Shown here one piece after another: positions 1-11,371 of a stretch of DNA of 64,000 nucleotides (the first letter of the stretch is position 1; each line of letters opens with the position of its first letter). The DNA is from Macrostomum hystrix (Eukaryota > Animalia > Platyhelminthes). Under the pieces are notes generated by a model. The model was not told the DNA's origin. It did not search any database and saw nothing but the letters and a program-made list of their open reading frames with translations. The stretch is from contig CATNEN010000038.1 of NCBI GenBank assembly GCA_950097015.1, positions 21,328,001-21,392,000 of the forward strand, given 5' to 3'. A program made the position numbers and the translations under genes.

Positions 1-503
1 CCTCATTAGACTCATAAGTAGCTAATGACTCACCTAGCATCATTAGACCCATAAGGTAGCTAATGACTCACCTAGCCTCATTAGACCCATAAGGTAGCTA
101 ATGACTCACCTAGCCTCATTAGATCCATAAGGTAGCTAATGACTCACCTAGCCTCATTAGATCCATAAGGTAGCTAATGACTCACCTAGCCTCATTAGAT
201 CCATAAGGTAGCTAATGACTCACCTAGCATCATTAGACCCATAAGGTAGCTAATGACTCACCTAGCCTCATTAGACCCATAAGTAGCTAATGACTCACCT
301 AGCATCATTAGACCCATAAGGTAGCTAATGACTCACCTAGCCTCATTAGACCCATAAGGTAGCTAATGACTCACCTAGCCTCATTAGACCCATAAGTAGC
401 TAATGACTCACGTAGCCTCATTAGACCCATAAGTAGCTGATGACTCACCTAGTCTCATTAGACCCATAAGGTAGCTAATGACTCACCTAGCCTCATTAGA
501 CCT
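1..503. repeat. 38-bp minisatellite (CCTCATTAGACCCATAAGGTAGCTAATGACTCACCTAG), about 13 units, truncated by window start
   Basis: Direct tandem periodicity; internal inverted repeat TCATTAG/CTAATGA; minus-strand unit reads GTGAGT...CTAAT...CTAG. Confidence 0.95.
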
Positions 504-1189
504 AGGGGTAGCTTAATACGATTCATTATAACTAAGATATAATGATTCGCAATAAGCATAAGAAAGTACATTTCCATTTTTTACTACCAAATGCAGCGTG
601 AGTCAATGTTGACCCTATGTACTTTTTTCTTTTTTTGTTGGAGCGAAAATTTAATGAAAAGCAAAGCAAACACACTTTTCTCTAGATTGCAAGAGTGCAT
701 ATACTCGTAAATGCACCGACGCGGTATAGCACCCGAAAGAAAGTTCTTCGCCGTTCTTTGTCAAATAATTGTGCGCCACCGCCTTTTTCTGACTATCTGC
801 ATATACTCTGCATTTTTTCGGTTCTAAATAAGATAAAAGTAGAGATAATGTTATGATGAGCGGATAGCCATTTTGGATACTCAGTTTGATAACACAGACT
901 CATTTGGACAAGCAATAGGCTAGCTTGGACAAAGCTGGGTTTGTCCAGCTTAATTGTCTCTGAGTTTATAGTCAGAGAGAAACAAGAAACAAAAAAAGAT
1001 TTTCAATTGACATTCTTTTAGTTCAGGGCAAAGTTAAGCTTAGTAAAATTTTGAAACAATTAACGCGGCAGACTTTGGCTATGACAGTGGGAATTTCGCA
1101 TGCTCTGGTTAAATAGACGAAACGAAAAAGTGGAAATCGATAGGGCCACTAACTAGAGCTTATAGTTTACTTCATGGAAAACTATAATG

Positions 1190-1808
1190 GTCACACAGGT
1201 AACAGAGAGGTAGAGTCACACAAGTGACAGAGAAGTAGAGTCACACAGGTAACAGAGAGGTAGAGTCACACAGGTAACAGAGAGGTAGAGTCACACAGGT
1301 AACAGAGAGGGAGAGTCACACAGGTGACAGAGAGGGAGAGTCACACAGGTGACAGAGAGGGAGAGTCACACAGGTGACAGAGAGGGAGAGTCACACAGGT
1401 GACAGAGAGGGAGAGTCACACAGGTGACAGAGAGGGAGAGTCACACAGGTAACTGAGAGGGAGAGTCACACAGGTGACAGAGAGGGAGAGTCACACAGGT
1501 GACAGAGAGGGAGAGTCACACAGGTGACAGAGAGGGAGAGTCACACAGGTAACTGAGAGGGAGAGTCACACAGGTAACTGAGAGGGAGAGTCACACAGGT
1601 AACTGAGAGGGAGAGTCACACAGGTAACTGAGAGGGAGAGTCACACAGGTAACAGAGAGGGAGAGTCACACAGGTGACAGAGAGGGAGAGTCACACAGGT
1701 GACAGAGAGGGAGAGTCACACAGGTGACAGAGAGGGAGAGTCACACAGGTGACAGAGAGGGAGAGTCACACAGGTAACAGAGAGGGAGAGTCACACAGGT
1801 GACAGAGA
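1190..1808. repeat. 25-bp minisatellite (GAGAGTCACACAGGTGACAGAGAGG)
   Basis: Period 25 (caggtgacag at 1321, 1346, 1371); reverse complement of the array at 16628-16775. Confidence 0.95.
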
Positions 1809-2127
1809 TCACATCATGTGACTGTTGGTGTCTCTCATCTGATGACACGAGAACTGCTTTTCTTAGAAAGTTTAACGATTAATTATTCAAACGGACCGCA
1901 AGATCTGAATAGTTAGCTTGCTTGCTAACTAGATGAATATTTGATGGGAAAACTGTACAATCCGACTGTAACCTTGTGAATGAATTTTTAATGCATTTGG
2001 GATCAATAAGTAAATACCAACAAGAAGCTGGACTTTAAGAATCCCAGGTCACGGGACGATATATTTGCTTTGACTTCACACTATATTTTAAAGATTGAGT
2101 GTTTAGTTGATTTGAAGTTTTGTTAAT

Positions 2128-3210
2128 TCGGAGTTTGTAGATTCGGAGTTTGTAGATTCGGAGTTTGTAGATTCGGAGTTTAGTGGATTAGGAGTTTGTA
2201 GATTCGGAGTTTGTAGATTCGGATTTTAGTGGATTAGGAGTTTGTAGATTCGGAGTTTCTAGATTCGGAGTTTGTAGATTCGGAGTTTGTAGATTCGGAG
2301 TTTGTAGATTCGGAGTTTGTAGATTCGGAGTTTGTAGATTCGGAGTTTGTAGATTCGGAGTTTGTAGATTCGGAGTTTGTAGATTCGGAGTTTGTAGATT
2401 CGGATTTTAGTGGATTAGGAGTTTGTAGATTCGGAGTTTCTAGATTCGGAGTTTGTAGATTCGGAGTTTGTAGATTCTAAGTTTGTAGATTCGGAGTTTG
2501 TAGATTCGGAGTTTTGTTGATTCGGAGTTTTGTAGATTCGGAGTTTTGTAGATTCGGAGTTTTGTAGATTCGGAGTTTTGTAGATTCGGAGTTTTTTAGA
2601 TTCTGAGTTTTGTTGATTCTGAGTTTGTAGATTCGGAGTTTGTAGATTCGGAGTTTGTAGATTCGGATTTTAGTGGATTAGGAGTTTGTAGATTCGGAGT
2701 TTCTAGATTCGGAGTTTGTAGATTCGGAGTTTGTAGATTCGGAGTTTGTAGATTCGGAGTTTGTAGATTCGGAGTTTGTAGATTCGGAGTTTGTAGATTC
2801 GGAGTTTGTAGATTCGGAGTTTGTAGATTCGGAGTTTGTAGATTCGGATTTTAGTGGATTAGGAGTTTGTAGATTCGGAGTTTCTAGATTCGGAGTTTGT
2901 AGATTCGGAGTTTGTAGATTCTAAGTTTGTAGATTCGGAGTTTGTAGATTCGGAGTTTTGTTGATTCGGAGTTTTGTAGATTCGGAGTTTTGTAGATTCG
3001 GAGTTTTGTAGATTCGGAGTTTTGTAGATTCGGAGTTTTTTAGATTCGGAGTTTTGTTGATTCTGAGTTTGTAGATTCGGAGTTTGTAGATTCGGAGTTT
3101 GTAGATTCGGATTTTAGTGGATTAGGAGTTTGTAGATTCGGAGTTTGTAGATTCGGAGTTTTGTAGATTCGGAGTTTGTAGATTCGGAGTTTGTAGATTC
3201 TGAGTTTGTG
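2128..3210. repeat. 15/16-bp minisatellite (GGAGTTTGTAGATTC) with recurring variant blocks
   Basis: Tandem periodicity; the variant ggattttagtggattag recurs, indicating higher-order duplication. Confidence 0.95.
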
Positions 3211-3265
3211 ATTTAATTAAAGAAATTAGTATTTTTAAGAAACTCATAATTCGTTTATAACTCAC

Positions 3266-3694
3266 CTTTCAGCGAATGGACGGTCAGTAATGCAAGTAGA
3301 TTAAAAAAAGAAACACGATTATTAAGGCACTGTGATCTGCAAGCTAATTTTGCCTTTAGTAAACGGCACACTTTCTTTAGTTTCTGGTCGCTTGGACTAG
3401 GCGCAGCTTATAAATTTATAATAGCCAGCTCTATCCAATGTATTGCAGAGATTGGTGCACAGTTAAAAGCGTACGAGTAGCATTAGGTGTACGCACATAA
3501 AGGTAGTTGAGAAACAGAGAGAGATTCAGAATTCAGATTCGTTTTTCAGTCCAAGGATTGCAGAGTTGTGTGTGTGTGCTCATTTGCACGCACAAAACTT
3601 ACTTACCTGACATTCGAAGGACCAAAACTTGAAGCACCTGTCTCTCTGTCCCCCCGCCGCTCCAATTCTATAACATTGTGGGCGTTTTTATATA
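3266..3694 (-). promoter_or_regulatory. Possible promoter and non-coding first exon(s) of a minus-strand gene running off the window start
   Basis: Minus-strand TATATAAAAA at 3685-3694; consensus donors CAG|GTAAGT (exon end 3607) and AAG|GTGAGT (exon end 3266). No coding exon visible. Confidence 0.35.
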
Positions 3695-3892
3695 TGCTAT
3701 TACGTAGACTACGCATGCATTCACAAACTGCTCCAATAAGCCACTACTAGTATGTGAACTGAATCAGCATAAGATTTGCTACAAATCACTAGTCTTTTGT
3801 CATTTAGCGACGAATTTGTCATGTCGAAACTTTGCAAATATGGAAAATACCAAGCAGAAATAACAATCGTTCTAAAGTTCATTTTCAGTCGC

Positions 3893-4075
3893 ATTTGGAT
3901 ATCCGGATAAGCACAGCCGCAGCTATTACACAGCGCATCAGAAGGCTGCGAACGGCTGTTCAGTCCATGGACTGGGAGGACACAAGACTCAATTACCACA
4001 GCTGGGTGAACTGAAGAAATGCAGAGTTAAGTATCTTGCTAAATGGGCACAAACTGTTTGAGTGGAATCTGGAAC
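3893..4075 (-). mobile_element. tRNA-derived SINE, partial copy
   Basis: Shares CTGTTCAGTCCATGGACTGGG, CAGCTGGGTGAACTGAAG and GCAGAGTTAAGT.TCTTGCTAAA with the copies at 14230-14505 and 52623-52819. Confidence 0.8.
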
Positions 4076-4424
4076 TGGTCATCTGATTAGTCAGAGCAAA
4101 AAGTGGTTCGTTTGTTGTTAATTTTAGAAAGTGGAAGGAAATCCCAACCAGGAAAACTCCATAAAAATTACATAACGTGCAGTGACCCGCTCAAGATTGA
4201 TGAAAATGTACGAGCTATTTATCCCCCACTTGTCCCGGTCAAATAAGTCTATGGTCTAGTGTTGAAGCATTTATTTGTCCGGGACGAAGAAATATTTTTT
4301 GTCCCGGACGAAGAAACGATTTATTTGGAACTGAAAACAACAAAAGGGCCACAAAAAGCAACTATGGTTGACACTAACGCTAATAAACTGATTGTCAATG
4401 ACAGTAAAGTACTTTTTGTCTTTC

Positions 4425-4821
4425 TCACTCCATAGTGATCACCACGGTGTTATCATTTCCAGAAACTTCCATTCGCATTTTCTTCGCAGGAGCAGTAAAA
4501 ATCGTCGTAGACCCAGTTGTAGGAGCGCCTCCAGCATCAGGAACAGTGGCAACCGTCGTAGACCCACTGTGTCTTCTTTTCGTTGTGCCATTCAATGAAC
4601 GTGTTGACCATCCTAGTAGCTTTCTTCTTAATAGCTTCTGGCACACAGCCATCGACAACAGCCATGAGCTCTTCCTCCGACGTAAAATCGAAGCGAGGGC
4701 TTGAGGGTGTCTCCGATGTGGTTCCGTCCGCAAAAATCAAATCAACCATTCTCGCTATATCGTCGTCAATACTGGCAAAGTCACTAGTGTCTTCAGCCAT
4801 GTCTTCAGCTATTTCGTGCAC
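4425..4821 (-). mobile_element. Internally deleted Crypton-like element ORF remnant (N-terminus joined to C-terminal tail)
   Basis: PRFDFTSEEELMAVVDGCVPEAIKKKATRMVNTFIEW resembles the N-terminal helices of animal Crypton/DUF3504-type YR proteins. The tail APAKKMRMEVSGNDNTVVITME in another frame resembles the tail of the adjacent remnant (PPASKRMVIGANGENNIARITFI). Confidence 0.6.
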
Positions 4822-4929
4822 AAGCTATCGCATCAAACTCGGGACTGTTCCGTTTCGATCAGAACCATAGACTGTTAAGCTATATATAGTCTTTTTCCGC
4901 AAGACCGAGCCAAGTTGGGGAAAAATACT

Positions 4930-5068
4930 ATCTCTCCCGTTTATTAATTTGTCTGTGGCCAGAACGATCGACTTCAAACTCGTTTCTCTGGCCTCGGCTA
5001 CGCCTCGGCCGAGAAACAAGTTCTCAGTCGCTCTGACGGCCACAGATAAATGAATAAACGGGAGAGAT
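4930..5068. repeat. About 140-bp imperfect inverted repeat with core GCCTCGGCTACGCCTCGGC
   Basis: Arms ATCTCTCCCGTTTATT..TTT.TCTGTGGCC and GGCCACAGATAAAT.AATAAACGGGAGAGAT; inner arms GTTTCTC/GAGAAAC. Confidence 0.9.
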
Positions 5069-5277
5069 TATATACTTCCCGTTTGCCCACCAACGCAAAT
5101 AAATGATTTATTTCCCGCTCGCATGGGGCGGAAAAACGAAACGTTTACTATAGACAATTCACAGACGTCTGGGGGAAATAAAAAGAACTTGAACAATATG
5201 AACAGCATTGAAACTTAACTAGAATTAATATTGTCAAGAATGATATAGTCATTGCACAAGCATGTCACGACGATCAC

Positions 5278-5760
5278 TTAGATGAAAGTAATCCTCGCAA
5301 TGTTGTTCTCGCCGTTGGCCCCGATCACCATGCGCTTAGAAGCCGGCGGTTGGCAGTCTTCGACAGTAAGCTCCGTCTCGGACTCGGAAACCGTCACAAT
5401 GTTTCCGCACCTGACGACAGAAGCGACATCCCTGATGTCACCGCTAGTAATGGCTCTCAGAATCTTCTGCCGAGTAGTTGACTGTGTAATATACTGTTCC
5501 AGCGCCTTGGCAGTAGAGTGAACAGTGACCCGGGCGATGTCACCGCGTTCGATGCCCGCCTCATGCAACTGTGTTGCAAAGCCTTGCGAAGACTCTGATT
5601 TGTATACCGTGTGGTGCTGTTCGGACGAACTTCAGAAACGATGTCCTTCACGAGGCTGGAAAGCATATAATTTTGCCAACCGGTTGCACTGTGTACCAAG
5701 CCTTTCCATTGGTTGGAGTCCAGTTTTTATTGACGGATAGAAACAGAGCAGATGCGCACT
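5278..5760 (-). pseudogene. Frameshifted C-terminal half of a Crypton-like tyrosine recombinase
   Basis: Across frames: QPVGK..MLSSLVKDI...RYTNQSLRK...LHEAGIERGDIARVTVHSTAKALEQY, matching degenerate H-x-x-R, (G)H and catalytic Y motifs of YRs. Confidence 0.75.
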
Positions 5761-6037
5761 TGGTAGGACGAACACTAACATATTTCCAGTACAGGCAGAC
5801 TACTTTTTAAAAGTAATTCTGTTTAAAATATGCAACAATTTTCCGAACAACATATTTTCATACTTGTCTAATTTTAACGACTTTTTCAAAAGTTGTCCGG
5901 TCGTGTAATTAGCGTAGTTAATGTAAAACAACGATAGGTTTCAATGAAATGGAGTTAGCGAATCATAACACGTTCATTTTTAACTCTTATCAAAATGTGT
6001 AACGAAATATTGTTTTGTTGCTTCTGTTTGGGTAGCT

Positions 6038-9000
6038 TCAGTTAATTTCTAAATTTAGCATAGGGGGCGATGGGGTGTGCTCAACGGCGCCCTGCTCATC
6101 GGGTGCGCTAGTTTTGTAACAGTTGCGCCAAATTTCAACGAAACAGCAGGCCGAATGAAATCTGAAGAATATTATCAACGGCGAGCAGACGTAGGCGATA
6201 ATTCCCGTGGCAACTGGTGAATAGGCCTGGTTGTAGCTGGGCAGGGCCGCCATCTCGCGCGTCTCCAGCGTGTAAACAATCCACAGGGCCAGGTTGCCTA
6301 GCAACAGGCCGGCTACGGCTTCGCGACCGGGCTTGGTTCGCATCAGGCTGGCCGTGAGGCAGTGCCGGTGCTCAACTTCAAATATTAGAAACACCTGAAG
6401 GTAAATTAGGAATTAGGTTAGGTTAGGAATTCGATTAGATTAGGTTAGGAATTCGATTAGATTAGATTAGGAATTCGATTAGATTAGATTAGGAATTCGA
6501 TGCTAAACTCCTGCTTCGATTTCAGGTGCGAGCGACTCTTGCTACGATTCCAGCTGCGGCTATTGCTACGATTCCAGCTGCGATTCCTGCTACGATTTTA
6601 GATGTGACTTTGCCAACAATTCTTGCTTCGACTCCGTCTACGATTCTACGATTTTTTATTTATTGTTTCTTATTAAATTGGCCCCTCTCGTCAACTCAGG
6701 ATATTTGTAAGATAAAAACTAGTTTAATTAAACTACTATTCAGGTAGTAGCTGAAATAGCGAATCACTTGGCAGACCTGAAAGACGCTCTGACCGATGCC
6801 CAGCAGACCCTGAGCCAGCCGGAGCGCCAGCAAGACTTTGCTATCGTCGCTGACCGCGCCAAACAGTTGAAATATCTGGTAGGCTAGGACGCCAATCAGT
6901 GTGATGCCCAGCAGCCAAGCGTCTGGACCTGTACTCTCGTCCTGCCGATGCACCCGATTTAATTGACGCATTTTGACGAAGGCTGCAATGCTCAGGGTTA
7001 GATTAGCCGCTAGAAGGATAAGATCTGTGATCTGATAGATCAGCTGGCTAGTGACTGGAGAATCAATCGATTTGTCATTCACGCAGATGGTGAAGTAGAT
7101 GCTGGATGCCAGGCCGACTGTAAATAAAAGTGCGCCGACTAGCAAGCCCCGACCCGACCGCAGGCAGTCTAGACGAGATTGAGCAACAACCCGACTAGCT
7201 AGACAGCGGCTTGGCTGATGTCTAGCTAGAGCGGCCAGCTTTCCAATATTCTGACTCATGGCGTAGGCGCTAGCGGCAGACATCATGGCGTACTCAATGG
7301 TGAATGGCAGCAGGTAGGGCGCCATGCGCCAATAGGCATCCTTTGAGCAGAGTGCTGAGGTAGTCGATGCTGTCGAGGTGATGTTAGCCAGTTCGACTGG
7401 TGCGATAGTATAGTTATAATATGACGGGGTCGGCGAGCTGTAACTGCTGGTGGCTTTGGTGGCAGCTGCGGCGGCGTTAGCCTTTTCAGCGGCCTTGGCG
7501 GCACTGTGACTGGTTTCCAGGAGGGTAGCCAGGAACCAGTCGCAGAGATTTGTGGCCAGTAAGTGGGCGAAACCGATGTAGCACGTCTGCGAGTAGAGTG
7601 ACAGATTCAGAGGACGAGAGAGTGACAGATTGGTGGGAGAGTGACAGATTCAGTGGGTGGGAGAGTGACAGATTGGTGGGAGAGTGACAGATTCAGAGGG
7701 TGGGAGAGTGACAGATTCAGTGGGTGGGAGAGAGTGACAGATTAGTGGGAGAGAGTGACAGAGTAGAGTGAGAGAGTGACAGGTTGGTGGGAGAGAGAGA
7801 CGGAATGGTGGGAGAGAGGGACAGATTAGTGGGAGAGAGTGACAGATTAGTGGGAGAGTGACAGATTGGTGGGAGAGTGACAGATTGGTGGGAGAGTGAC
7901 AGATTCAGAGGGTGCGAGAGTGACAGATTCAGTGGATGGGAGAGTGACAGATTGGTGGGAGAGTGACAGATTCAGAGGGTGGGAGAGTGACAGATTCAGT
8001 GGGTGGGAGAGAGTGACAGATTAGTGGGAGAGAGTGACAGAGTAGAGTGAGAGAGTGACAGGTTGGTGGGAGAGAGAGACGGAATGGTGGGAGAGAGTGA
8101 CAGATTAGTGGGAGAGTGACAGATTAGTGGGAGAGAGTGACAGGTTGGTGGGAGAGAGAGACGGAATGGTGGGAGAGAGAGACGGAATGGTGGGAGAGAG
8201 TGACAGATTAGTGGGAGAGTGACAGATTAGTGGGAGAGAGTGACAGGTTGGTGGGAGAGAGAGACGGAATGGTGGGAGAGAGTGACAGATTAGTGGGAGA
8301 GAGTGACAGATTGGTGGGAGAGTGACAGATTCAGAGCGTGGGAGAGTGACAGATTCAGTGGGTGAGAGAGAGTGACAGATTAGTGGGAGAGAGTGACAGA
8401 TTGGTGGGAGAGTGACAGATTAGTGGGAGAGAGTGACAGATTGGTGGGAGAGTGACAGATTAGTGGGCGAGAGTAACAGATTCAGAGGGTGGGAGAGTGA
8501 CAGATTGGTGGGAGAGTGACAGATTCAGAGGGTGGGAGAGAGTGACAGGTTGATGGGAGAGACGGATTAGTGGTGAGAGAGTGACAGAGTAGAGTGAGAG
8601 AGTGACAGGTTGATGGGAGAGAGTGACAGATTGATGGGAGAGAGTGACATATTGGTGGGAGAGAGTGACAGATTGGTCGGAGAGAGTGACAGATTAGTGG
8701 GAGAGAGTAACAGATTCAGAGGGTGGGAGAGTGACAGATTGGTGGGAGAGTGACAGATTCAGAGGGTGGGAGAGAGTGACAGGTTGATGGGAGAGACGGA
8801 TTAGTGGTGAGAGAGTGACAGAGTAGAGTGAGAGAGTGACAGGTTGATGGGAGAGAGTGACAGATTGATGGGAGAGAGTGACATATTGGTGGGAGAGAGT
8901 GACAGATTGATGGGAGAGAGTGACAGATTGATGGGAGAGAGTGACATATTGGTGGGAGAGAGTGACAGATTGGTGGGAGACAGTGACAGATTAGTGGGAG

Positions 9001-10565
9001 AGAGTGACAGATTGGTGGGAGAGAGTGACATATTAGTGGGAGAGAGTGACAGATTAATGGGAGAGAGTGACAGATTGGTGGGAGAGAGTGACAGATTAGT
9101 GGGAGAGAGTGACAGATTGGTGGGAGAGAGTGACAGATTGGTGGGAGACAGTGACAGATTAGTGGGAGAGAGTGACAGATTGGTGGGAGAGAGTGACAGA
9201 TTAGTGGGAGAGAGTGACAGATTAATGGGAGAGAGTGACAGATTGGTGGGAGAGAGTGACAGATTAGTGGGAGAGAGTGACAGATTGGTGGGAGAGAGTG
9301 ACAGATTGGTGGGAGAGAGTGACAGATTAGTGGGAGAGAGTGACAGATTAGTGGGAGAGAGTGACAGATTTAGTATTGGTGGATTGGTAAGAGAGTTACA
9401 GGGTGGTGAGTGAGTGAGAGATTTGTGAGAGTGAGAGTTGTGAGTACTATAAAGCCAAGCAGTTCTCACACTCATGCAGACATTGACTGACAGTTTGCAG
9501 TGCTTCATCAGAAAGCCAGTCTGCAGCACTGTGAAGCAGATGCTCATCAGGTATTGAGTCACCTGGCCAGCGGACTCCGATGCGCTACTCATGCAGCCTC
9601 CGGCGACGTCCATGAGGGTGTCGACAATCATCAGTGCCTCGTGTGTCACCTTCAACGCGCCGAAGATGACGCAGGCGACGCGCAGGAAGAAAGACGGCGC
9701 ATGAGATTCCACGTGGCGCGGCAGCTCTGCGCAGGATGGGATCTCCAGACTTGCCTGGGAAGCGGATGCTGGCGCATCCTCTGTTGCTGTGGAGTTGCTC
9801 TGCAATCATTGTTTGTGCATTCCATGATGACTGTGCTGTCTATGGTACAGTAAATTCTTGAAGAGAAATGGCGAATGGGATGTAGAGTATGAAAAGGTTA
9901 GAATTGGAAGTGGATGATGGGAAGATTAGAATGGGAAGTGGAGGTGATGGGAAGATTAGAATGGGAAGTGTATGCGGGAAGTGGAGGATGAGAAGGTTAG
10001 AATTGGAAATGGAAAATGGGAAAGTTAGAATTGGAAGTGAAGGATGGGAAGTAGAGGATGAAAAATGGTGGATATGGAAAAACGGAGGATTCGAAATGGA
10101 AGATAGGAAAAGGAGACGGGAAATAGAGAACAGGAAGGGGAGGATTTGAAACTGAGGATGGGAAATGTGGGATAGGAAATGAGTTGTAATAATGGCAAAT
10201 GTAAGATCAAAGAGAAACTTATCTCCCGCCTCTCGGGCATATCTTACTCCATTTCCGCCAGTACAGGATCCACCTTCAGTGGTCGATTCCCTAGCAACCG
10301 TTACTTGGCGCGGTGGTATTCTTTGAATCCAGCCTAGAAAGGCGATGAGGAAGGCAGCGGAGCAGGTGTACATGCCAATGTAGAAGCCGGCCAATGCCCA
10401 GCGAGGGAACGGTTTGACGGCAACAAAACTGGCCAATGGGAGCATGAATCCCAGCAAAGTGATGGTGAGAGCATATAGGAGGGCGGCGTGCCTCACCGTG
10501 CTGCTGCCATCTCCGAACTCTTCCGGACTGTGAGTTTTGGGTGTCTTCTCAATAGTGTCAGACAT
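6038..10565 (-). CDS. Otop: Otopetrin-family proton channel, 4 coding exons (10248-10565, 9470-9799, 6777-7586, 6038-6394), about 604 aa
   Basis: Family motifs HAPSFFLRVACVIFG, GFAHLLATNLCDW, PYLLPFTIEY, KPGREAVAGLLLGNLALW, PLIIFFRFHS. All GT-AG junctions are phase 0 and the exon lengths sum to 1815 nt. Confidence 0.9.
7595..9370. repeat. 19-23-bp minisatellite (GAGAGTGACAGATTGGTGG) filling otopetrin intron 2
   Basis: Tandem periodicity; runs into the acceptor tract ctgtcactctactcgcag on the minus strand. Confidence 0.95.
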
Positions 10566-11133
10566 TATTCTCTTCAGCGAATTGTTAAATTTCAGTGAGC
10601 TGAAAATCCTATGCCCAGTTCTACATACTCGTATATTATATAGTGCACTTGTGTCTAAGGACGCGAAATTAATGTGTAATTTATTCATATCCTTGAGTTT
10701 TAAGTTGAGTATATAAGCAGTATAAACTGGGACAAATGGTACGGTCGGGGCAGAATGTTCGGATGCTATGAACAATAATGTACTTAGCAGATTCAACACT
10801 AACTATACAATTTATATTTGAGTTATATAGCTATACTTGTAAACGCATTCTACAGTTGCAAGACTCTACAGGAGCTTCTCACAATGAATTCAATTCTTTA
10901 AAGTTTTGCAAACCCTAGCCACACCCGAATCACAAACAAGAGAAAAGGGATGGTTATGAGAAGCTACTATATTTTAACAGTGTGTTCGTTGAGCAGGAAA
11001 TGAAATTCTTGTTGTTTAAAGAGGCCTGAGAAATGCGTCCAAGTACTTTCGCCCATAGAACAAAATCGAGGCGGGTGTTATTAAATTTAATATCTGAAAG
11101 TCGTTTAGATAATAAATTTACATTGATATAGTA

Positions 11134-11220
11134 ATAAACGGCTATGAGTGCTGCAATGTTTTTAACCGAGGGCGCGTAGCGCCCGAGGTTTAAAACTTTG
11201 CAGTACGAATAGCCGTTTAT
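11134..11220. repeat. 87-bp inverted repeat with core CCGAGGGCGCGTAGCGCCCGAGG
   Basis: Arms ATAAACGGCTAT..GTGCTGCAA.GTTTT.AACC and GGTTTAAAACTTTGCAGTAC..ATAGCCGTTTAT; same core architecture as the hairpin at about 5000. Confidence 0.9.
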
Positions 11221-11233
11221 CACTGGCATTGTA

Positions 11234-11371
11234 TACTTTTGGACCACAGACAGTTGGGGCGTGCAACAATCAGTCTCACGGAGCGGATATAGCCAGCGGT
11301 CTCGCGGGGCGTGCAGCAATTGATTATTTTGTCGATTGGTGCACGCCCGAAATGTCTATGGTCCAAAAGTA
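11234..11371. repeat. 19-bp inverted repeat pair enclosing GGGGCGTGCA.CAAT direct repeats (MITE-like remnant)
   Basis: TACTTTTGGACCACAGACA versus TGTCTATGGTCCAAAAGTA, one mismatch. Confidence 0.6.

Noticed and set aside
8801-9469. Repetitive ORFs (LSLSPTN)n and (GESDRLV)n
   Set aside because: Read-through of a 21-bp intronic minisatellite; the otopetrin frame splices at 9470 to 7586.
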